Source: Paraspadella gotoi
Lineage: Eukaryota > Animalia > Chaetognatha
Direction: 5' to 3'
DNA length: 64,000 nt
Assembly (NCBI GenBank): GCA_051294375.1
Contig: CM119263.1
Location: 2,787,583 to 2,851,582, forward strand
The position numbers were made by a program, and so were the translations under genes. Under the pieces are notes generated by a model. That model searched no databases. It worked only from the letters and a program-made list of their open reading frames with translations, and was not told where the DNA came from. Below, piece after piece: positions 52,932 to 64,000 of this stretch (positions within the stretch are counted from its first letter, which is position 1; the number at the start of each line of letters is the position of its first letter).

Positions 52932-53285
52932 GAGAGAGAGAGAGTGGAGTAAGGTTTCTCTCCAAGGCTGAGGCATCTTAGAAAATCCTTGGTCAGCCTG
53001 AACCTCAACACGAGAAGAAGGAAAACACAAAAAAGAAGAAAAAAAGAAGAAAAAGAAGAAAAAGAGAAAGAAGAAAAGAAAAGAACGGAACCAGAGAAAT
53101 TCGTGCGAAGCCTGGAAGGTTTGTTTGTTGTTGTTGTTGTTGTGATGTTGTTGTTGTTGTCGACGACGATATACATTTGAAAAATGATAGGAATTGAAAA
53201 ATGGTTTGGAGATTTATCGCTAAGATTGTGGTAGTTAGAGAAAATCAAATTTTTCGACGGGCCCAAAACATTTTTTTAGGGGGAA
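47525..53285 (+). repeat. Copy B of the 5-kb duplication; noisy start with inflated homopolymers
   Basis: The A-run at 42543 is expanded to ~140 nt at 47720-47845 and the (AG)n tract is garbled at 48330-48765; the copy spans the region that is N in copy A. Confidence 0.9.
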
Positions 53286-55721
53286 AAGGTAAAATAGCGA
53301 AAAATAGAGAGGCGAGAGAGAGGGAGAGAGAGAAGAGAGAGAGAGGAGAAGAGAGAGGAGAGAGAGAGAGAGAGAAAGAGAGAGAAAGAGAAAAAAGTGA
53401 AGAAGAGAGAGAAGAAAAAAATTCCAACGAAGATGATTNNNNNNNNNNNNNNNNNNNNNNNNNGAGCCACACCATAACAGAAGTCGGCGCTATGAGTCTA
53501 GTATGGCGCGGAAGGAGAAAAAGGAGGAGGAGGAGGAAAGAGAGGAAGAGGAGGAGGAGGAGGAGGAGGAAGTAGAGGAACGACGAGGAGAAAAGAGTGA
53601 AAACCGCGGAAAATAGTAGATAAATATGTTTCCGTCTTGAGTCAATGACCGATTCGGTTGTGAATCTAAATGTTTTAAAACCGGTCGTTAATCTCTGGGT
53701 AATTAAGATGAGACTAAAATCGTTTAAGGGGAGGAGCACAGGTTTTTGGACCTATTTTCTACTTCCAAACGTTGAAAACCGCTGCCCTGTAAAATTTGTA
53801 TGAGGGTGCGCTATATGCTAATTCGCAGTTATTTCTCTTTTCTTTAGCCTTTTCTTTAAGTTTCTATTTTTTTCCTTTCATTTTATTTCGCTATTTTTTT
53901 ATACTTACCCTTATTTTTCTGTCTTCCTTACCTATCTTTTTATTTTCCTTCAATCTCACTCCCCCACAAAATTCTTGTCAATTGACTATCCCATTATTCG
54001 AAAAACTGTACCCTCGGGCGTTTAGCCAAAAAAAAAGGGGAATAATTTCGAGAGCAAAATTCAAATTGAATCGCTTTTCTGTCAGATGAGCCTAAGAAAG
54101 AATCAACCCAAACGGGTAAGTTACGAATGAAACTTCAGAAAAGGGGAAGAAATTAAAGGTAGGGCTCAATACGCTTAGGCTTAATTAATTATTATCGCGG
54201 CTTTATTTTCCGAAAGCCCCCGATTTCCTCATCCTTGAACCTAATATTAGCTCAAATATTTAACCCTAACCTTTTATAAAGTATATAACCTATTCCTTAA
54301 CCATAATCCCTAAACCTAATCACAAACCCTAATACTTAATCATAACTTTAACCTTAATCACTAACCTAAATCCCAAACCTTATCGCTCAACCCTAAACCC
54401 TAAACTTAAATCATTAACCAAATCTTAAACTTAAATACTAACTTAATAAATAAACTTATTTAATTCTTAATTTAGGCGAAATGAGTCGCTTTTGGATAAT
54501 ATGGCCAAATCGGGTTGTCTTGGTTGTTTAATAACAAATATTCCAATAGATAATAAATAGTTCTAATTGTTTAAACAGAAAAAAATATAATAAATACTTT
54601 AAAATTAAAAGCGATCCCAGTAGCTCCCAAGTCATTGAACCAGTGACTCAGAGAGGAAGTCTTCTCAGTCAAGGGTCATGAGGTCATGGGATTTCTCCCT
54701 AAAAGAAGTTATCTGCATCGTGCCGATGGGGGGGGCGGAGGTGTTTGGGAGAGCGAGGGGTTGTCGGCGACGGAAGCTTTGTGCCAAGCCCAACCTTGAA
54801 AAGTGAAAAGCGGTAAGCCGTCGTCCCTGGGCTTCGCATATATCTGAATCATAAATCATAAATCCCGAGTTGTATATTTAACGAGAGAAAAAAACCAGAT
54901 TTTAAAAATACTTAGTAAGTTCTGACGGAATTATTGTTAAAAGGATCTATATCTTTCGCAGTATTAAAAAGACCTGGGCGAAAGGATTTTTTTAAAAAAA
55001 AATCGAATCGGTATCGAGCGAATTTCGAGTTGCGTCGGTCACGAAAACTGGAAACGGGATTTGCGTGACGTCTTCGCCCCGGTTCTCGGCCGCCGTCTCG
55101 ACCAATCAGGCGTCGAGGCATCGTTTCCATCTTTCCGTCTTTGACCAATCGCCGTCCGGGGAATCGTCGGAGCGGGTTTGCCTCGCGACGTCAGCGATCG
55201 CGTTCTCATCGGGGGACGAAGCAAGAATATATTTACGGGCATCAGAACGTCAAAAAGAAGAAAAATAGAATGAAATAGATAAAGAGTTTTTTTGATTTTT
55301 TTTCTTTAAATGCTACGACTATTTTTTTCTGCGCTAGTGATTTTTTTTCGTAATGATTCTCGTCTATTTGAACGCGTCGAGACGCTGGAAAAAAAAATCC
55401 AAAACATGAAAAACAAAAACAAAAACAAAACAAAATGCGACTAATGAATTCCACTTCTACGTATTTCTAACACGATTTTTTTTCCTATTCTATTTTTATC
55501 CTCTGTGCTATTTCCTACTATTTATTTTCCGAGTTTTTCCAGCTTATTTCGTTTTTTCGCATTCTTTAGCAATTTAATATTTTTCGTTGTATTTAACTTG
55601 TTAAACGCGGGAAAGGATGAAATGCCTGACTGCATCGTCGTTAGCCTCGCATCGTCGCACTTTCTTTCCTCGACTGTTTCGAAACGAAAGGGGAAAAAGC
55701 GCCAGGGTCGTAAAATCGATT

Positions 55722-55824
<103 letters not shown>

Positions 55825-55926
55825 TTTCTCCAATCGTCCGATTCTTTGTTTTATTTTCGAGACTCTGCTTACGTAACCCTATTTAATCCGAGAATCGTTA
55901 TGCCTTTGCGGGTTACATCCGGAGGA

Positions 55927-55979
<53 letters not shown>

Positions 55980-57537
55980 AGATAGAGAGAGAGAGAGAGA
56001 ATAATCCCACAGAGAAAAAAAAAAGAAAAACGGAAATTTGGTCGAACGACGTGGAATCGTTAATGGAAATTCGTTCCGGCGTCTGCGGCGACGGCGTCCC
56101 TGTCGTCGGCGAGCGATCAATTGTCGAATCTTCTTTCCGCCCGCGTTTTATTTTCCGCCCGTGAAATTCGGGATTTTCATTTGTCGGGGAAAGAAAAAAA
56201 AAGGGAAACTGCCTTCGCATTAAGTATTCATGTTTTTTTTTATCGCCGCAGTAGAAATAAAGATTCGGCTAAGAATTGTGAAATGTGAACAGTTAAGAGA
56301 TAAACGATTAAGAGAATTTTGATTCAATCTCTCTTTTTTTTAAGTGCATTGTTCAATTTACATAAGAAGATTATATTTATAAACCTTGCAATAGACAAAT
56401 CCCAGAAACTCGTTCGCCGTTTTGCTCATCCGCTTTCTCACTCAAAACCCACCCAGGGGGTCTCCAACCCAAGGTCTCGTTCGTTTGCCTTCGTCAAACA
56501 TCTGTGTCGTTTGCCAGGTCTCTGCACCCGGTAGATGCAAAGCAAAGGCCTTTATTATTTTATAAAAGTTACTCGACTTGTCAAAAACCTGGCAGAGGCA
56601 CGCAATTTAATAATGAGACGAAAACAACCACCCTTTCTTATGAGTCACCCCAGAGTTTCGAAAAGAAGCATGCAGCGCTTCGCCCGGAACACACCCTCTC
56701 GTCGCCGACGAAGGAACGAACAAAAACGAACGAACGAACGAACGAACGAACGAACGAACGAACGAGGGACAAAAAAACTTAAGAAAATGGTTAGGATCAC
56801 ATTGTCGCCCACTGATAATTCGATGCAATGACTAAATGTTTTTTTTTTTACGATCGAAACTAAATTTCAGGTTTTTTTTTCCCCTCGGTTCAGCGGTGGC
56901 CGCCTATCGTCTTCCGAGGAGGGAGTCTGTTTTTTAAGTCGTGACGAATGAAAAATCCCTTCCGCGATTTTGATTCGGGCCCAATTCCTTATTAACGAGA
57001 TCGAGAGAGAGAAAAGAGTGAAAGACGAGACAAGAAAACAAGAAATTCTTTCAGTTTCGTCCAGAAGAAACAGAAAAGAGAGAAAAACAGGGACGACTTT
57101 TAAAACTCGCAACAAGGAAAGTCTTTTCTGTCTCTGTCTCTATCTCTCTCTCGATCGAGAATTGAGGAAAGGTCATCGAAACGAGATTTTCCGATTCGAA
57201 ATCTCGACGAATTTCGAGAATCTTCCGTTGGGATTCTCCCGTAAGCGTAAATTAATAAAAAAAAAAATGGATAGCATCAATTTGGTAAGTTGGAGTTTTG
57301 CGCCGTCCCGATCGGTGTCAAATAATCGTCTTTAATAATCATAATACAAACAAAAAAATGTTTGTAACATCATATAATGTTTGTAACAAAATAATACAAA
57401 CAAAGCAATGTCCGTTTTCCTTTTCCCAGAATTTTAGTTTTTAAAATCCATAAATTATTTACTAAAATTTCAATAAAAAAAAACATTTTCCCCTTTTATC
57501 GTCATCCTCCAGATAACGACTCGATCTGCCATCAACG

Positions 57538-58744
57538 ATGGCCAGCAATCCCACCTACGGCCAATTGCCGCCCATCGTGACGACGGCCGATGTCCACCAT
57601 CCACTCTTCAAATTCTACAACCCCGCTGGATCCCCCAACGGATTTCGTTCCGATGACTCTGGTTCGGAATTGGACACGCCCCGCGCTTTAGAACTCGACC
57701 CTCCGCGTCCCCACGCCCCCGATCCTCTCCGGGCGCGCCGCTATCCTTTCGGCGCCGACGCCGCGCCCATCGTCGCCCCGGTGCCGCTTCCGCCCAAAAC
57801 CGGTAGACCTTCGCTACGTTTCGACGAGAATCGAAATCCGAATCGGGATCCAGCTGCGCTACTCGGCGATCCAGCGACGCCGCCCGACGACATGGAATTT
57901 TACTCGAACTCTCGCCTCTCTGCGGCGCCGACCCCCGATTCTGCAATGCTTACGCCGGACTCTTCGCCCGACGCCTTTCACGATGCCTTCAATCAACCGC
58001 CTCCGCTGCCGATCAGCCCGCCGCCTCTGGTTCCTCCAAAGACTCTTCTCGCCTCGGAATCTCCTCTGACGCACCCGGAAGATCCCTTTAACTCGGCGAG
58101 AACCCCGACGCCCGTCAGCCCCTTCGTTTCCGCCGACCCATTCGGCTCCGTGATTCCTCCCGCGCGCGAGGATCCTTTCGGATCTTCGGGTCAAGTGACT
58201 CCGGTCAACTCCTTTGGCTCCGCAGGACCCGTCACCCCAGTGGACCCCTTCGGATCTTCGAGCCACGTGACTCCAGTCAACGCCTTCGGAAATGCCAGAC
58301 CGGTCACCCCAGTGGACCCCTTCGGATCTTTGAGCCACGTGACTCCGGTCAATGCGTTCGGAAATGCCAGACCGGTCACCCCAGTGGACCCCTTCGGATC
58401 TTTGAGCCACGTGACTCCGGTCAATGCCTTTGGCTCCGCAGGACCCATCACCCCCATTGACACCTTCGGATCATCGGGCCACGTGACTCCGGTCAACGCC
58501 TTCGAAAATGCCAGGCCGGTCACCCCAGTGGACAACTTTGGATCTTCGGGCCACGTCACACCCGTTGGATCCGCAAGATCCGTGACCCCTGTCAACGCCT
58601 TTGGGTCAGCACGTCCCATCACCCCTCTGAATGCATTTGGAACCGCCACCCCCGTCAACCACTCCGTCCCCGAGAGAACTCTCACCCCGGAAGTGTTCGA
58701 GGCAATGCAAGGGATCGCTCCGCCCAAGATCCCATTTAATAATG
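57538..58744 (+). CDS. First coding exon of a large Pro/Ser-rich disordered scaffold; DPF/NAF 12-aa repeats
   Basis: Acceptor CCTCCAG| at ~57512, CAACGATGG start, 402 codons, donor G|GTGAGT at 58745; tandem GSxxxVTPV(D/N)(P/A)F units at ~58170-58660. Confidence 0.85.
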
Positions 58745-58759
58745 GTGAGTTGGTTTTCG

Positions 58760-59625
58760 TTTTTTAGTTGCGCCGCGAGTGCGCGAGGAGCGACTCTATT
58801 TTAGTCACTATTCGGTCTGTCTGTCCTGCTCAAGTTTTAAATGCTCAGAAGTTTTAAGTTTAAGTTTTAAACGTTCAGAATAAGCATAATATTGTACATA
58901 ATATAACGTGTTTCTCGTACATTACCACCAAAACATCACATGACCAATAATAAATACCTATAATATATTTTCTATTTGGAAACCCTTAAATTATTTGAAT
59001 TAATGTTAAACAGAAGTAAGTTATAATGAAAATGTTTTATACTGACCTTATACGTGACCTTGTACCTTGTATCGGTTATTTGTAAATATAAATAAACCAG
59101 AAAAGATTTATTACGTATTTGTTTTATACTTGTGGTATATTATCATCCATAAATGCAATCATAAAAGACAATTACTGCGGCGCAACACCTTTTAACTCAA
59201 CGGTTCGTGTTAGTTCAATAGAAAACAAAACTTTGTTAGTCGAAACTTTTTGGTATTTTTTTTTAAAGGAACGAGTTCAACAACAAATAAAGGTAGTTGT
59301 TTTCCAGAAAACATTGAGAAGTCTCCTGATGTTTTTGTTGTTTTGTCTTGGATCTTCAGACTAGTGGATCTCAGCTTATACGAGAAAATCAAAATGGGTA
59401 ATTTTGCTAATTTTGGTTCCATTTTTCAACCTCATGGGTTAACAATGGAAGCAAGTCTTGTATTAATCTATTCTATAACTAGTAGAACTACATTACAACA
59501 AAAAAGGTAGCACCATTTTTAACAAATGAATTCACAGCTTTATTTCTTATTTGAATGTCTTCCAATCAATGTAGTTAAAAAAAAGGGATTTAAAAAAAAC
59601 ACGCAACACCCGAGCCTCGAATTTA
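58760..59625 (+). mobile_element. Second Helentron-type non-autonomous element occupying most of the intron
   Basis: T-run then AGTTGCG...GCGACTCTA and GTCTGTCTGTCC at the 5' end; CGCAAC sub-TIR (59602-59607) followed by a CGAG/CTCG hairpin and TTT at the 3' end. Confidence 0.55.
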
Positions 59626-59673
59626 ATCTCAACCAGTGAACCATTCTCTTCCAATTATCTCCCAACCCCCAAG

Positions 59674-59962
59674 GTTTCCACTCGCCCTCCCCCAACACCC
59701 TCCCTCATTCCCGCAGTCCCGACCCTTTCGCTCAACAACCCGGTCAAACGAAGCCGCCTATGCGGCCGCGATCCTTGAAGGCCTCTTCCGGCTCGAGCTT
59801 CCGGTCCCTGCCGCGTCGCTTCACGCCCGACACGCCCGACCTCTCTCGGTCCAGCTCCATGAGGAGCATCAAGGAAGACGTCATGGGCGCCATCTTGACG
59901 CATCTGCATCGCGAGGAGGGGTTGACGCGACCGAGGACGTCGAGTCGGCCCACGTCGATCAG
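59674..59962 (+). CDS. Scaffold gene exon 2
   Basis: Acceptor CCCCAAG|, phase-1 join giving GFHSPSPNTLPHSRSPDPFAQQPGQTKPPMRPRSLK...RPTSI; donor AG|GTTTGG (phase 2). Confidence 0.75.
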
Positions 59963-60307
59963 GTTTGGAGCACGGCGGTGATTGTTCTATATTCATAAAT
60001 AAAATTAAATATAAAATAATCATAATTTGATATCTTGATTGAAAAGAGTGGTTTTACCATATCTTTCGATTGATTGGATTGATCAGATTAGATAGACAAA
60101 TCCTTTGTACACTTTGCTTTGTCCCTCTCTCCTTTAATTCTAAATTAGAATTTAACTTTAAGAATGTAAGAGCGAGATTCCACCGGTTTTGGATAACAGA
60201 GTTAGAAGAATTTCATGAATTTTGTAACAATATTTTTCTTTTAGAATATTTATAATAATAATAATTTATTGATTTAATATCTCCTCCTCGCCTAAATCCT
60301 CTACCAG

Positions 60308-60497
60308 CTCCCGTCCGCGCTCGACGGCCCGTTCCGTCTCCAGCGACGAAGACTCCTTCTACACAGCCCGGCGAAGCCCCTTCCGCCCCCGCCACTCCAA
60401 CGAGCAGAGGCGGGACGACCGGAGGAGCCTCTCCAGCATCGAGTCGGAGTCGCTGGGGAAGCCGCACCTCACACTCCCTGATGACGAGAACGTTTGG
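60308..60497 (+). CDS. Scaffold gene exon 3
   Basis: Acceptor CTCTACCAG|; reads SSRPRSTARSVSSDEDSFYTARRSPF...DDENVW; donor |GTGAGA (phase 0). Confidence 0.75.
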
Positions 60498-60853
60498 GTG
60501 AGACGAGAGCGAGAGAGAGAGAGCCAGCGAGAGAGCTAAAATAATTTGATTCCTGTTTTTTTAAAAAAAGTATTAAAAATGTTTTCGTTCTCACTTCTAC
60601 TGAAATGTGAAACTGAAATTGTGAAATTGGTGAAATTAGTGCGTAAATAAATTTGCATAAATTTACCTAAATCCGTTCTTCTATGAAATTGGTACAACCA
60701 ATATAAAAATTATCCATTCATTTAATAAAATAAGCTATCTTGCCCCTGACTTTGGACAGGCTTTTTTTTCTCTCTCGAACGTTTCATTTTCTTTAATAAA
60801 ATTTCTTTTCCTTGCAAAACGTTCATTCTCCTCGTTAATTTGGTTTTCCCCAG

Positions 60854-63800
60854 GCGAACCGCAAGCAAAGCCCCATGTACGCGTCTCAAGCATCCTTCGA
60901 CGACGCCCTCAAACTGATGGTCAACGAGATGAACGCGCGTCAATCGACCACCCGCCTCCCCGACGAAGAAGTCCAGCAGGAATCCGAGATGGAGAAGAGC
61001 CTCTGGCGCAACAGCGTCGCTTCGCCGGATCTCAGCCCCACCAGCGCCGCTTCCAGCGTCCAACTACCTCTCAACAACCTCGTCGACACGCCGGACAACC
61101 CCGTCTCCACGACGAATCTCTCCGGCGACGGAACCTTCATCGTGGACAAACCCGTCTTCACCTACGACGACGCCCGCGACGCCGGTCCTTCCACGGGCCT
61201 GCACGTCTACAGCGTCTCACAGTCGAACCTTCAGTCAAAGGGCAAATCTCGACCGTCTCGTCGGTCTCGATTTCCAGAACCGGAAAAGCTCGAGTCTGTG
61301 CCTTCAAAGTCGGAACCTGCGATGCTTCGATCACTGAATTCTCAGCCGCGTCTCGGCGATTCGACGCTGACCGATTTCGAGTCCGACGCGTCCGTCAACG
61401 TCCCGTGGACGCCGCAGTCGAACGACGAGCTCTCCGGGCGAGATTCCTCTCTGCCGCGACCGAGGTCCAATTCGCTGAAGCTAATGCAGCCGCTGGACGA
61501 CGACGAATTGGATCGAAGATCGAAATCGATGCCGCGAGATCCTTCGGAGCCTTTGACTCGAGACGAACCTCGCCGCTCATTCTTCAAACCTCGCAAGACG
61601 CCGAGGGGAGTCAAGAAAAAGTCCAAGAAGTCGAGTTTCTCTTGTCTCTCTTCTGCCGCCAAGGACATTGATGATTTCGACGAAGATCGAAAACCCTTCG
61701 GTCCTCCGCGGTCCAAGTCCGAACCCGTCTTTGCTGAAGTCAAGAGCGAGGAAAACCTCCACGAACCATTGGGAGCAACCTTTAAGGCCGCTTCAAATGA
61801 GGGCACTCTGTCTAGTCCCCGAGAGGAGGAGCCCCAACGACCCGAGATCCGACCCGAGACCAGACCCGAGACCCAACCCGAACCGAAGCCGATGGTCCGC
61901 GGCGGCTTCGGCCGATTTTCCAAGTCGAAGGAGTTCAAGAAGGCGAAGAGCGCGCTGAAGAAAGTCGCCAAGTCTCCCAGCGCCTCGTGCCTGCCGCGGA
62001 GCCGGAAAGAAGAGGATCGATACGAAAAGAAAGAGAAGGAGGAGGAAGAGGAAAAGCCTAAGGAATCGACTCCTGTTCGAAAAGAAGTCGACGATCGCGA
62101 CGAAAGCTTTGAAACAATCCCCATTCCAAAACCAGAAATCTTCGTGTCTTCCGCGCCCGCGACGAACGCTTCCGACGAGGTACTCGAACTTCCAAAGACT
62201 CCGGAGGACAAACCCCTCGACGCGTTTCCCGCTCTCTCGGACTCGCTCGATTCGGGACCGCTCAGCCCAGCGGATTCGGACGGTCTTACGCACAGTTGGG
62301 ACAATACGCCCTTGCAATACGTGGCCGAAGCCGGACTGAGCGAACGGGAGGATGAAGAGAAGGCTGAAGAGGAATCCCCGTCGTTCACCGTCAACGAGAA
62401 GAACGGCTTTTTGGTCGTATTTTCGAAAGACACTCAGGACGTATCGGGATTAAGCGATACGGAAAAATTAAACGAGAGCTCGGAACCGGAACTAAGTTTA
62501 TATTTTCCGCCTCATGAGGGCGAAAACGAAAAACAAAAGACCAACGGCGATGACCAACAATCGAAAGAAAATTTGCTTATTCCTGCAGAGAAGAATAATT
62601 ATCCGGTGATTCAAGACGAGGAAACTTCGACAAACTTCACAAAGCCTCTTACGGACCAACTGGCTCTTTCACTTGCCGACGAAGAGGAAAATAGCCGTGA
62701 TGCCGCGATTAAAGATTTTCTTGATCAATGCATTGAAGACAGCATCGTTTTGCTCGAGTCAAAGAAAAAAGGAAGTTTGAATGAAGCCACGAAAATTAAG
62801 GAAAAAGAGATAAATATCGAAGATATTCCTCAGATAAGTTTCAGTAGTGATCAAGATGACGTCGCCGATGATTTAGTCAAACCGATATTTTCAAATGACG
62901 ACGAACAATTATCTCGTTTACCTCAAGACAATCTCGAAGATGAACGTCCGAAAAATCAGGAAGAAAATCTAATTTCGTTGAAAACCGAGTCAGAAAACCC
63001 TGTAATAAAGGACTTTCTCGAGGAATGCATGAGGGACTGCTTGGAAAAAGTAAAAGATAAAGAGAAGAAAGAAGAGGAACAAAAGAAATCAGACGAGGAA
63101 TTACCACCAACTCCAGTGGTAGAGGACGAAAGGAAAGGTTTTGATGAAGACGATTTGCTTTTCAGCAATTTGCCACAACCGAATTGGGAATTGTTGGGGA
63201 ATAACATGGAGGAGGATCAAGGCACGACGGACGATCTGCTCTTTAACGAATCCCCGCCGCCGGACGCATTCAAGTCAGATATTGAAACCGAACCATCGTA
63301 TCTGGTCGATCTTCCAACCGACGACATCTTCGCTCAATTCTCTCCCGAACTCGACAGGCTCGACACCATAGAGGAAGAGTCCGACGACAGCGGTGAATAC
63401 GTTTTAAATCACGATGGCTACAATTATTACGGGGAACAATCGAGGCCGCATCGACCTCTGCTACAAATCGACGAAGACAAAGACGAAATTCTTTCCGATG
63501 AACCTGAAACGGCGGAAGACGAATCTGGAGTTAAATCGTTAAAACAGTTGTCGAACAAAGCGTTGGATTGTTTGGTAGATCAAAAATCCGAGGAAATCGT
63601 TAAAAAAATCAAGAATGAATTCGATATCTTTTTAACCGAGCCTTTGTTATCTCAAATTGAAGAATCGGCTAAGGACAAACTGCAGGAGATTTTAGAGGAA
63701 GAAAAAGATACTATAAACTATCATTCTATAGAAAAGGGCTTCTTAGACAAACCGCAATATTCTGTAGACCCCCTTCTGGAAACAACTCCTGTTCAACTTG

Positions 63801-64000
63801 CCTCGGTTGTTCCTTTAAAAGAAGAAGAGAAATTGAGTCAGGAACCCGTTTTAAATGAATCGGAAAAGGAAAACCTGCCATTGATGAAAGACAATAGCAA
63901 CGCTCTTCCAGATGATAAATTTGCGAATTATCCATTTTTTAATCCGACTCCGTTAAACGTTTTGGACGATCCCGTCGAATTAGCAAATATTGACGATCCT
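60854..64000 (+). CDS. Scaffold gene giant exon 4 (about 1049 codons, open past the window end), Ser/Pro/basic then strongly acidic
   Basis: Acceptor TTTTCCCCAG|GCG; my manual translation ANRKQSPMYASQASFDDALKLMVNEM...LDDPVELANIDDP met no stop. Its absence from the ORF track is consistent with having no stop in the window. Confidence 0.8.

Overview
Eukaryotic nuclear DNA, probably from an invertebrate animal: AT-rich intergenic sequence, dense (AG)n/(ATG)n/(GAC)n microsatellites, GT-AG introns, GC-richer exons and three N-gaps. About 18.5 kb is redundant: 6056-17935 is repeated at 17961-~30700, and ~42380-47375 at ~47525-53285, each second copy being indel-rich (probably assembly or haplotig artefacts). 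Four protein genes are supportable: an XK-related membrane protein exon with a disrupted tail (2701-4797); a two-exon signal-anchored 350-aa protein with a C2-like sandwich and helical insert (13662-15345); an intronless protein with a HEPN-type RxxxxH motif and an array of TQT (LC8-type) motifs (40968-41813); and a large multi-exon disordered scaffold (57538 to beyond 64000) mostly missed by the ORF track. The clearest non-coding signal is a set of miniature LTR retrotransposons (TRIMs) and solo LTRs whose LTRs carry a tRNA-like Pol III cassette and hairpins, with PBS, PPT and 4-bp TSDs (Helenus-like architecture). There are at least three divergent families, one interrupted by a Mutator-like foldback with a 9-bp TSD. 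Also present are Helentron-type non-autonomous elements, MITEs and minisatellites. Most ORFs in the track are low-complexity artefacts. All calls come from manual reading; no searches were run.
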